The translations under genes were made by a program, and so were the position numbers. A DNA stretch of 64,000 nucleotides, taken from positions 20,088,001 through 20,152,000 of the forward strand of contig NC_135893.1 in assembly GCF_964194155.1 (NCBI RefSeq), written 5' to 3'. This document shows, one piece after another, positions 36,031 to 47,700 of this stretch (position 1 is its first letter; each line of letters starts with the position of its first letter). The notes below the pieces were generated by a model. It was not told where the DNA came from and did not search any database. It worked only from the letters and a program-made list of their open reading frames with translations. The stretch comes from Cetorhinus maximus. Lineage: Eukaryota.

Positions 36031-38677
36031 TTAAATCCCTAAGACCTTATGATTGGGAGGGGAGGAGGGAAAAGGCAGGGTGGAACCAGCCTAGCAGGTT
36101 TTAAAATATATATATATATATCTTGGGATATGGTTGTCACTGGCAGGACCAGCAATCATTGCTTATTTCCCTTGGGAAGATGGTGGTAGGCCTTCTTGAA
36201 CCACTACAGTCCACGTGGTGTCAGTGCTCCCAGAGCACTGAGGCTTCTACAGTTTTGATCCCGTGACAACAAAGAACACATCTCAAGCCAACTATTGAGC
36301 TAGTAACAAAAGAATTATTGACAGAAGCAATTCTTCTGCATGGATTTCATTTCCTCTGCAACTGTAATGTGACTTAAATAATCAGGTCTAAATTGAGATG
36401 AGAGATGAACTGAGCCAAGGCTTTCTATTTCACAGTTTTTAATTGGTTGTCAGATTTGTTTGTTTCATGTAGACTAACATTAAAATTAAATAGAAAACAA
36501 AAGAAGTGCAAAATCTGGTACATTATCATCCTTTCATCATGCATTCCATCACTATAAATTCACATGCAGCACAACACAAAATGTAACCATAACAATGTGA
36601 CAAACAATGCAACTATAACAATATGACAAACAATCTAACCAAAGCAATGCTTTTTAATTCATTCTTGGGATATGGGTATCGCTGCCAAGGCCAGCATTTA
36701 TTACCCATCCCTAATTGCCCTTTAGAAGGTAGTGGCAATCCATCTTGAACCGCTACAGTCTGTGTGTTGAGGATACTCCCACAATGCTGTTAGGTAGGGA
36801 GTTCCAGGTTCTTGACCCAGTGATGAAGAAGAAATAGTGATATATGTTCAAGTCAGGGTGGTTATGACAAACACTGCAACTGTAACAATGTGACAAACAA
36901 TGTACCCATAAAAATGTGATATTCTCTCAGCTTCAGAATTATTCAAGGTCGAGATTCCCGCATCACAATACCCCAACCGTTCCTGCAATATCTATATTGA
37001 TCTGTCCTAATACAAAAACACAAGAGGCTGCCTGAATTTAACTGCCGATAGTAGGGGGCTTTACGTTACTGGCACACTTTTTACCTGACATTCTATGGTT
37101 GAAACTCTTTCTCTATGGTTGTCTTAGATCTTCCACAAAAGTTATGGAAGACAATCAGGAGAATTCCGTGTAAACTTATGGCACCTGTACTTGAGTCATA
37201 GGCCTCGAGATGAGGGGCTGAGCTTTAACCTTACACAAATAGTAAAATACTGCAGACACTGTTATAAATCTGAAGTGCCTATACTCAAAAGCAATGAATC
37301 TCTGTTCTTTCCACAGATGATGACTGACCTGTTGTGTATTTTCAGTATTTTCTGTTTTTGTTTCTAACTTCAACCTTTCCTGGTTATAACACAAACTATG
37401 ACAAGGGGATAAAATTCTCTGGCGAACGTTGCTGGCGAAAATATGTTGAACCAAGCTTGAACAGAACTTCCTTAATCTTTAAATATACTCAGTAATAGAA
37501 ATGATTACAGTGCTCTGAAAGCAGGAAAGACCAGGTGCTTCCAAAGGGTTACCTATTCACTGGATGTTACGGTAGAGCTTCTACAGGGTCTGTATAATAT
37601 CAGCCAGTTTTCCTAATCTTTATCACTATCCAGTGGCCCTGCAAGAAAATCACAGTTATTAAGTGAAGACTAAGCTTAACTATGTTGCCCTCCACAGTCA
37701 AATAGTTTACCAATAGTCTACCAATATTCAACATCTAGGCTCATACATGAGTAACAGTCACTTGGGCAAGGTACCACCACCTATGGAGACATAGCTCAGT
37801 AAAAGTCAAAATGGGTAGGATAAAAAATTTCAGATTGATTAATTGTACACAATTCAATGATTAAAGTTGCTCAGAGCTTTGAACTGGGCCAGAGCTTAGA
37901 TTTTGTTTAAAAAGCTTGATTCTATTGCAACTAAAACCAAAGCTCTATTGTGAGAATTAATTGTATTTATACAATAAAGTGATGGAATACTACAGGATAA
38001 TCACTGTATGACAAAATGTTAAATAGCTAGCAATATCACAATGAAGATAAGGTTAAAGCAGAAGGGTGATTGTGGTATCTGATTTTGTGAGAATCATCAT
38101 TAGGGTTAGAGGCTGCTTTTTGGAGAAGGATAAAACTTGATGGAAGGTGGTCTTAGGTGAAGCTGTTTTGAGAGGACTGTAGGGCGGCTCCTTGAAAATA
38201 AATGTTGACATAAAAAGTTAACAAGCACCATTATATACAAGGTCTTGTTGCTGAAGCTTGCGTTAGCCACCTTTTTGCTAAATAACATTTGAACTATATT
38301 TACAAAGTATGGCATTTCAAATTTAATTTTAGTGTTGGGCATGAGAGGCAGGGTATAAAGTAACAAATGAGTCATGGTAGAATAAAACTACATGAACCAG
38401 CAGGTAATTTGATTGTAGTGCTTGGGTATTGGGTTCTGGGATTGTTGGATTGTAATATTGAGGTGTTGGATGTAAGTGGGGCCATTGGATATGACTGGGG
38501 GTACAGGAGTGATTGTCAAGAACTGTATTCCAGGCAGCTCTGACATGGTATCATCTATCTGGATAGTCTTGGGCATTTTTTTGGAGTCATCAAGATTTTC
38601 ACTGCTATTAATGGAGTTGAGGATTTTCATTGACCAGTTGTTTGGACTGAAACAGCTGGATTCCTAGTGAAGTCTGC

Positions 38678-38790
38678 TCAGACTGTAATAAATGATCCAT
38701 GATCAACATCAACCGAATCCGGTTCCACGCACCGTCCTCGCCTTCGGGTCACTCTCCGATTCCGATGGAACTTGGCATAACAGCGAAGAC
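38678..38790 (-). CDS. DRAXIN: DRAXIN last coding exon
   Basis: tcttcaccag|(G)[36 protein letters not shown]. Confidence 0.97.
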
Positions 38791-41700
38791 CTGGTGAAGA
38801 CAAAAGAGTTTTAGAGGTTTCAGTCCCCAGGACTTACCTGACAGGACCTGGCTCAGTCACCAACTACACTTCTAAAGAGACTGAACCTTTTTTCCCATTT
38901 ACCATCCTGACATCTATAATCCACACTTTAGGTAGTTTGTGATGCAGAGTCAAACCCCAACCTAACCCTTATAGCAGCTTGTCTGTGGGCCAACACCTGC
39001 CTCCCAACAGCCTGTCAGCACCACAGGACTTGACTTTAGTTGTCCCTAAGCAGTGAGATCCCAATTTCAGGACCTGAACTGACTTTGATTCACAATACTG
39101 GGAACCCAGTGAGGAGTCAGTGAGTGCACAGGGAGCTTAAACCCTTGGGTCTGATCTCCAATGCCCAGGACTAGGTGACTACGGATACGTTTGAGCCAGA
39201 GGAAACACCCACCTTCCGCACACATACAATCATCATAACACTTGTTGTTGAGGCCGCGGTTGTGGGCTTTGCAGATGTGCTGCCGGAGGTCACAGCACCA
39301 ACCTGTGGGAAAATAGACACAAAACAAGCCACTCAGGTCATGATGTTATTTGATTTTGGCACAAATTATCGCAACTGCTGCAGACATGTCAGACAGACAG
39401 ACACACTGCCCAGGCAGATATCACAAAGATAGGTATGGCAGAGCCAGTCAAATATCACACAGTCAGTCACTGCACAGACATCCGGTTTTGAGTTAGCAGA
39501 AATTTTCTCCAATCAAATATCAGTAAGACGGAAGCCATTGTCTTTGGTCACTGTCAAAAACTCCATTCTCTAGTCACCAATTTCATCTTCCTCCTTAGCC
39601 ATTGTATCAGACTGAACCAGACTATTTGCAACCTTAGGGCATCCTCTCCATCCCTAAAGACAGCCTACTTTCATTTCCCTAACACCACCTGTCTATCCCC
39701 TACCTCAACCTATTTGCTGCTGAAATCATAATGCATGCCTTTGTTACTTCTAGACTTGACTATTCCAGTGCTCACATTGCCCAGCTTTCCAACTTGCACT
39801 ATGCATAAACTTCAGCTCATCCAAAAGTCTGCTCCCCACATCCTAACTTGCACCAAGTCCTGTTCACCCATCACCCCTGTGCTTGCTGCCCTATGTTGGT
39901 CGCAGGTCTGGCTATGTCTTGATCTTAAAATTCCCATCCTTGCTTTCAAGTTCCTCCATACATCACCCTCCCTTTCTCTGTAACCTCCTTTAGCCGTACA
40001 AGACCCCTGAGATCTCTGTGCTACCCCACTCCCTTTGTCCCACTATTGGCAGCTGTGCCTTCAGCTCTCCAGGCCTTCGGCTTTGAAATTTTCTCCCTAA
40101 ACCTTTCCACCTCTTTCATCTACATTAAGATGCTCCTTAAAACCAACCTCTTTAACCAAGCTTTTTGTCATCTCTCCTAATATCTTCTCCTGTAGCTAGG
40201 TGTCAATTTTCACCTTGTTACACTCATGTGAAATACCATGAACGTTTTACTCTGTTAAAAATGCCATATAAATGCACACAATTGTGCATAACTTGTTCTG
40301 CCTCCTAGCTGAAGGGAAGGTGGTACAGGACTTCTTTTTTCCCTCTGCTCAGCATAGTCTATTCTGGAATATGCAGAATTTGGAATGTTGGTTCTAATTT
40401 CTGTGCTAGTGTATTCTGTCTGATCAGGAAGTTCAATTCCTATACCTAGGAGGTCACAGTGCAAATCTGCACTCTTTACAGATACAGTGTTTTTTTTTCT
40501 GAATACATTGTTATTTTTGGTTTAAATGTAGGTTTCAATTCGCCTTCAGTGTGAGCAATGCCACATGTCCAATCACCACAGTCTTTGCTTCCCTGAGATG
40601 TGTTGAACTGAGTAAATCCTGCTGTTTTAAATCCTTCTCTTGGTTACCCTTTGATTCATAAAGTAAAGAACAAGGAAAAGGCTGTTAAGCTTCTCCAGTC
40701 TCTGCTTCCCAACAAACCACCTCTAAGTCACTTGACATCATGAATCGTATAGATAATCACAAGACAGGCATGTGGTATGTGTTTTATAACTGTTTCAGTC
40801 TCTGCCTCCAGTGATTATGCAGCAGCTGTGCAGAGATGGCAGCAGGACAGAGAATGTGCATCAGGCACCCAGCACGACAGGACTCCAGTGTTCTTTTGTT
40901 CTCCACTTGAGTTGGTAGCTCTGAGGTGCCAATGTTTTACTGCCTGCAGCACTGACAGTTAATCCCCCTCTGCTCCATTGAACTATTAGATTATTGTGTT
41001 CAACAACTAATGTTAATGAGTCTCCCACTGGATTTCTTAGTCTCTGTTAAATTAACTGCAATGAGTCTGAAAGGTTGGGGGTGGGGGAGATATTCAGAGT
41101 GAAACCAGCAGTGAACAGTCCTGGGATGAAGTAATCACAGCAATAACAGGCAATCAGATTAACCCTTTCAGTGTTCTTGATGATAACTGTTCCAGAGTAC
41201 TGAAAGGTTTAACTATTTAATCATTGCTCAAATTACATTTAGAAAGGAGCAGTGTACGTTTATAAAGTGCCTTTCACAACCATGGAACTTCTCAAAGCTC
41301 TTTACAGTCATTGAAATATTTTTGAAATGTCGTCACTGTCAGGGTACCCAATTCTTATGAAATAAAATAAGGGACACTTCAGTCATGGGACAGGGGCAGG
41401 ATGGGAGGAGAGGCACTGGTGATCATATGGGCTGGCGGGTGGAGGGTTTGGTTGCTGGTGATTATAACTCCCCTGATGGCTGGCAGTCACAGTGCACATG
41501 TTCAAAAAGAAGCGGCAGGGAAAGAGGAGACTCCCAGGCTCAGTCTCCCAAAGGCTGTCCTATAAATAAGGGATGAAAGGTGTCCACAAACAGTCAAAAT
41601 AAAAGACAATATCTTAAAATATGGTCACCCTGGTCATTGTTGTAATGTAGGAAACGTGGCAGGCAATTTATGCATTGCACGATTTCACAGTGAGATGATG

Positions 41701-44700
41701 ACTAAATAACGTTTTAATCTGCTGACGGATCAAAATTGACGAGGACACCAGGAGAAATCTCCTGCTCTTTGAATAGTGCAGCAGGATCTTTTACATCCAC
41801 CTTATATGGCAGATGGGGCCTCAGTTTAACATCTCATTTGAAAAATGGCACCTCTGTCAGTGCAGTACTCCCCCACCCTGGATTATGTACTCAAGTCTCT
41901 GGAGTGGGACTTGAACAAGAGGCAAAAGTGCTACCACTGAGCGAAGTCATTGCTGCTCAGAGTTTATTGCTTGTGTCTCTTTTTCTTTCTTCTCTATCAC
42001 CTCAGCAAAGAGGCTTGCCCCTGAGTCAGAAGGATGTGGATTCGAGACCCACTCAACTGCAACACAAAATCAAGGCCAACATTTCAATGCAGTACCGTGG
42101 GAGCACTGCCACTGTTGAAGGTGTCAATGTTCAGACAAGAAGTTAATTAAGACCACATCTGACCCCTCAGGAGGCTGCAAAAGATCCCATGGCACAATTT
42201 CAAAAGTAAAGGGAATTTATCCCTGGCATTCTGATCAATATTTATCCCTCAGTCAACATCACAAAAACAGATGATGTGGTCATTATCACATTGCTGTTTA
42301 AGGGAGCTGGCTGTGCACAGATTGGCTGCCACGTTTCCTACACTACGAAAGTGACTACATTTCAAAAGTACTTCATTGGCTGTGAAGCACTTTGAGACGT
42401 CCTGTCATCATTAAACTCGACATTCATATCCCATGAACGAATAAAAAAATGAATGGGACTATATAAATGCAAGTCTTTATTTTCTCTTTTTCTTTCCTCT
42501 CTCTGTCAACTCAGCAAAGAGCAACGTTGATGACAGTTTTTGGTTAAAGCCGCAACCCATTCTGCTCTCACTTCCCTCTCAACTAAAAACAATGGACAGG
42601 AGGCTGAAGAGGGGACTCCAGTATAACCATGTTATTGTGTCAGAACATTGTCACACATGGTCATGCATGATCACAATCCAAAACCACGGCTGTTTTATCC
42701 ATTTCAAACAGCCTTTGCTCCCAATTTTTGATTTTCTGATTTTTTTCTTTACCAGCAAAGGTCACTGAATCACTGCTCAAAGATGGAGAGAGACACAAAT
42801 GACTATCCCAGAAAAGGTCAGATTTCTGCTTGTAATAATGGCTGCCTCAGAAGCTTGGCTGAGAACCTGATTCGTTATTAAATAATTATGATGGTGAGTT
42901 AGAGCCTCAGGCTAGTCAGGAATTTTGCAGGTTACCAGGCAGACAGTCCAGGTGATGATCGCATGGCTCCACTTCTGCCAATGAGGTAAGGTTCCCGTTA
43001 CTCAGATTCTTGCTGCGACGCTTGTCTACAAGGAACAAACATAATAAAAAGATCAACTCTTTGGAAGGAAATAGTTTTATTAGTGCATAAAAGTTGCTTT
43101 TATTCATAACTGCCCCACTCTAACAAACTAAAGATGATTGAGTGGACAAAATTATGGCAGATGAAGTTCAGAGTGGGAAAGTGTGAGGTCATCCACTTTG
43201 AACCTAAGAAAGATAGATCAGAGTATTTTCTAAATGGCAAGAAGTTTTGAACTGTGGAGGAGCAGGGATATTTAGGAGTCCAATTTCATAAATCACATAT
43301 TATAAAAGGCTAATGGAATATTGACCTCTATCTCAAGGAGTCTAGAGTACAAAGAAGGTGACAATACAAAGTTATGTAACAGTTGTACAGAGCTCCGGTT
43401 AAACCCTACTGTGAATACAGATTTCAGTTCTGGGCACTGCAACTCAAGAAGGATATATTCACCTTGAAGGGGATGTGACATAGATTCACCAGAATGAAAT
43501 CCAGCCTGAAAGCCTGGGTAGATTGGGCCTATATTCTCTGGAGTTTAGAAGCATGAGAGGTGATCTCATTGAAACATATAAGATCCTGAAGGGGTTTGAT
43601 AGTGTAGACACTGAGAAATTGTTTCCTCTAGTCAGGGAAACTAAAACATGTGGGCACAATCTCAGGATAAGGAGCCGATCATTTAGGACAGAGATGAGGA
43701 GTAATTACTTCACTCAAAGGGTTGCAAATCTTTGGAATTCTCTACCCGAGAGAGTAGTGGATGTTCCAATGAATACACGGAAGAGTGGGATATAGACAGA
43801 TTTTGGTCTCAGGGAATCAAGGGATATGGAGAGCAGGCAGGAAAGTGGAGTTGAAGCCCAAAATCAGCTATGATCATTTTGAATGGTGGAGCAGGCTCAA
43901 CAGGCCATATGGTCTACTCCTGCTCCTATTTCTTGTGTTCTTGTAAAAGGTTTAACTTATGGAAACAGGTTGCATAGACAAGGATTGAATTCCCTTGAGT
44001 ATAGAAGATTAAGGGGTATCTAATTGAGGTTTTTAAAATGATTAAAGGATTTGATAGGATAGATATAACTATTTCCTCTGGTGGGGGAAATTCAGAAAGA
44101 GGCAGAATAACTTTAAAATTAGAGTATGTTTTTCAGTGATGATAGAAAGCACTTCTTCGCACAAAGTGGAAATCTGGAACTCTCTCTGCCAAAAAAATTT
44201 ACTCTCCTCCACCACAGGTGCACACCTGCCACCCATCTCATGCTCACTACTCCCACACTTGCACCCCCTGCGCACTCGCCATGCACCCTACACCACCCCC
44301 CCCACCCCGCCACTCCGCCCCGGCAACATGCTCATGCCCCTCACCCATTACCTTTTTTCTTTGCTGAAGGCCACATTTCTGGCTTCATATCTTCATAATC
44401 TGTCCAATCAAAGAGCGTCATGTCAAGAGTGGGATTTACTTCAGCAACGGTTCTTGCTCCGACCTACACGAGCTCAGGGCAATGATGAAAGGGTCAGAGG
44501 CAGGGGCAGAGGAGACAGGTAATGGAATAGAAAGACAGAGATGAAATAGGTTTGTTTGAGATAGAAATTGAGGAAGAAATAAGAGAGAGAACAAAGCAAA
44601 TGAATGATAATGAAATGAGTGAGCAAAGAAAATGACAGTAATTAGATGGGGGGAAATAATAATTTGCAGGCAGTACAGAGACTAGAGGCGAATAGCCAGC

Positions 44701-47700
44701 AAGGTGAATTTGGGAATGATCCACCAGGCAACAGTAGTCCAACAACTCATGACCCTTGGGCTGAGACCCTTGGGGGCCTGAGAAGATACGTCAGTTTATC
44801 TCACTGACACAGTGACTGCAAATCCCAATAATGGTAGTTCGAGAATTTGAATTCAGTTAAAGGCATCGGGAAATAAATGTCAGCCTTACTACTGATGGCA
44901 CATGCTTCCATACTATTAGCTTTCCTGATATCAATTTGCAAATCAGCCACAATTTCCTCAGCTATCTTCAGTCCTTGTAATTTTCTCCATCTGCTTCCTA
45001 AAGGCTTGGTCAACCTTCCACAAATGGATTACAACTGTGACATCCTGTCTGACTGAGAGATAAGCCACCATAACGACTTCTTAGTTTCTATCTGATGCCT
45101 CCATCTCTATCTCCTGCACTTGCAACTAAAACCTTTACCTGCACTTTTGCCAGCTCCAGGCTTGATTATCCTCTTGTTGTCCTCTGTAAACTCCAAAATT
45201 CAACTGCCTGCATCCCACCTTGTACTGTCTGCTTACCCATCATTCTAACCCCGATTCATCAACACTATCCCCCTATCCCACAATATATTGATTTCAAAAT
45301 CCCCATCCTCACTTACAAATCCCCTCACAGCTCCTTCTCAACTCATCTCCTCCATTCTTATGCCTATTATGAGCCATAATTTCCTCCAACTCTACTCCCT
45401 TGTGCACCTTCCAGTATCAGTGACAAAAGGTTTCAGTTATCTCAAAACAACCATCTAGCACTCTTTCTGTAAATACCACCAAATCTCTCCACCCTTAAAT
45501 GTCTGAGGGAAGGAATATTTATTGAGAGGAAGAATATCTGCTGCTTGTTGTTCCTGGTGACCCAGTACAACCTAGTTTACCTGTTGCCGTGTGCCCCTAG
45601 GCTTTGTTGCTGGTGCTTCTTCAGTTGTGATGGTGGTCAGCAATGTGCTGGTCACAATGGTGCTGGACATTGGCAAAGGCATTGTGGAAAGTTCATCTGT
45701 CTCCTTGCTTCGTGTCAGACTCTTTAAGAACGGGATTAACTCAGTACCCGGCACTTTCCCTGCAGGGAAAGGATACGTATAAATATAGATTAATCAGCTG
45801 CAGTTAAAAAACGAATAGCTGATAGGATGACGAACAAGGTGGGTGATAGAGACCTCTGGGTGACTGCATGACAACTGAATCCATAGAAGGTGATAGGGAC
45901 CTGCTGAGTGGCAGAGACCTCTGGGTAATAGGGACCTGCTGGACGACTGTGACAGAGCGGGACTTCACTGGGTATAACAGGGATATGCTGGGTGAAAGCA
46001 TAATAAGGTGATGGACCTGTTAGGTGTCAGGGATCTTCTGGGTTACAGCATGACAAAGTGCCAGGAATTTTCTGGGTGGCAGGGACCTGCTGGGTGTGAC
46101 TGAGTTGCAAATCTGCTGGATACTTTGTACCTTTGAGCTTGCACCTCTTGATTGGGTATTATTCTCTCTGTCGCTTTGAGGCACAATTGCTCACTGATGT
46201 GAAAACTAATGTAATAATGAGCCAAATTAGTTAACTTGCAACACACACTGCCTCTATTTGGCATTTCAGATGTGACAACTGGTTTAAGATTAAAAACACC
46301 GACTAGACTGATGGGGAGAAGACCAAGTGGGAGTCAGTGTCATGCCCCCGTACCCCTGGCCCAAGAAGGACTGTAAAAACCCAGTTTTATTTCTCTTGCT
46401 GATTGTATTGACAACAGCAATTGGCACAAGACAGAGTTTGCTCACTAGTCAGGAATAGTGCAGATTAATGCACTGCTGCTGATCGACCACACAAGTGGGT
46501 CCCTGTCAATGTTCTTCATCCGCTAGATTATTTAACAGTGAAATTCACTGTCACTCATGTAAATATTCTGCACAAAACTCAAACATTTAGAAAATCTCCA
46601 ATTTCAGATTATTACTCTCTCCTAATGCCATATGCTCTTCCTAGCCAAATATCTCCCAGTGACATTTCCAGTCACTTGTTCAGTTTGAACAGACACCGCA
46701 TTAACTAGAAATTAACATTATGTTAACCAATTAACATTAGTGACATGTTAATGCCACTAATTGGCATTCCATGGCAGCACCAGATCCAACTGATCCATCA
46801 TCAGTATACCTGCATGCTTTCTGTGGGATTTTTAGTCAAATTTCATACAACAGGCTCATTCAATTTATGTCTAAAATCAGACAGGAATTTTGAATTGGAT
46901 GCCTGGTTTGTTTTATGAGGCTCTATTAGTTGCACAGAGGCTCGCTGCCCAGGAGGACAAGTCACGAATTAATATCTTCACACATCTGATCCCCTGTGAA
47001 AGAAAGAAGTGGTCATCCTGGAGGCTACCTTGCTGGGCAATGTTTGTCCTCTTTTAAATAGCATTATTTTGCTCATAAGGTTCTTAGTCTGCTGCCATAT
47101 TGCTCCTGTGAGCTTTAGCCTGGCTCTGAATTCCCCAAGTGCATGATCCTGCACTGCCTTGAAGCTAGATTGCTGGTGCCAAGGTTGATTGTGAAATTAT
47201 GTGGACTTTATTTCAGTCTGCATCTTGCTCCCTGCAATATGTTGTGTTGCTATGGAAGATGTTCCTTTTGCATTACTTCCTTCCCTATTTCTGAATGAGC
47301 ATGCAGCAAAATGCCAAGGATCAAAATCACTTTGGGAATTCTAACAGCACCGCATGATTTAGATGGGGAAAAGAAATTAATGAAAGGCACTAATTCAAGG
47401 GACAACGACACCAGCATCATAAAAGAAAGACTTGCATCGAAACAGTGCATTTCATGACCCAAGGACATCCCAACGTGCTTTACAGACAATGAAGCACTTT
47501 TGAAATGTAGACACTGTTGCAAGGTAGGAAAAACAGCACCCAATTTGCATACACCAAGATCCCATGGACAGCAATGAGATGACAAGATGAACTGTTTTTA
47601 GTTTTGTTGACTGAAGGATCAATATTGGCCAGGTTATTGGGGAGAACAATACTCTACTCTTCAAAATAGTGCAATGGCATCTTTTACATCCATCTGAGAG

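Noticed and set aside
38388-38630. 80-aa ORF just downstream of the DRAXIN stop
   Set aside because: Different frame with an upstream in-frame stop, no usable acceptor in the right phase and no homology; treated as 3' UTR
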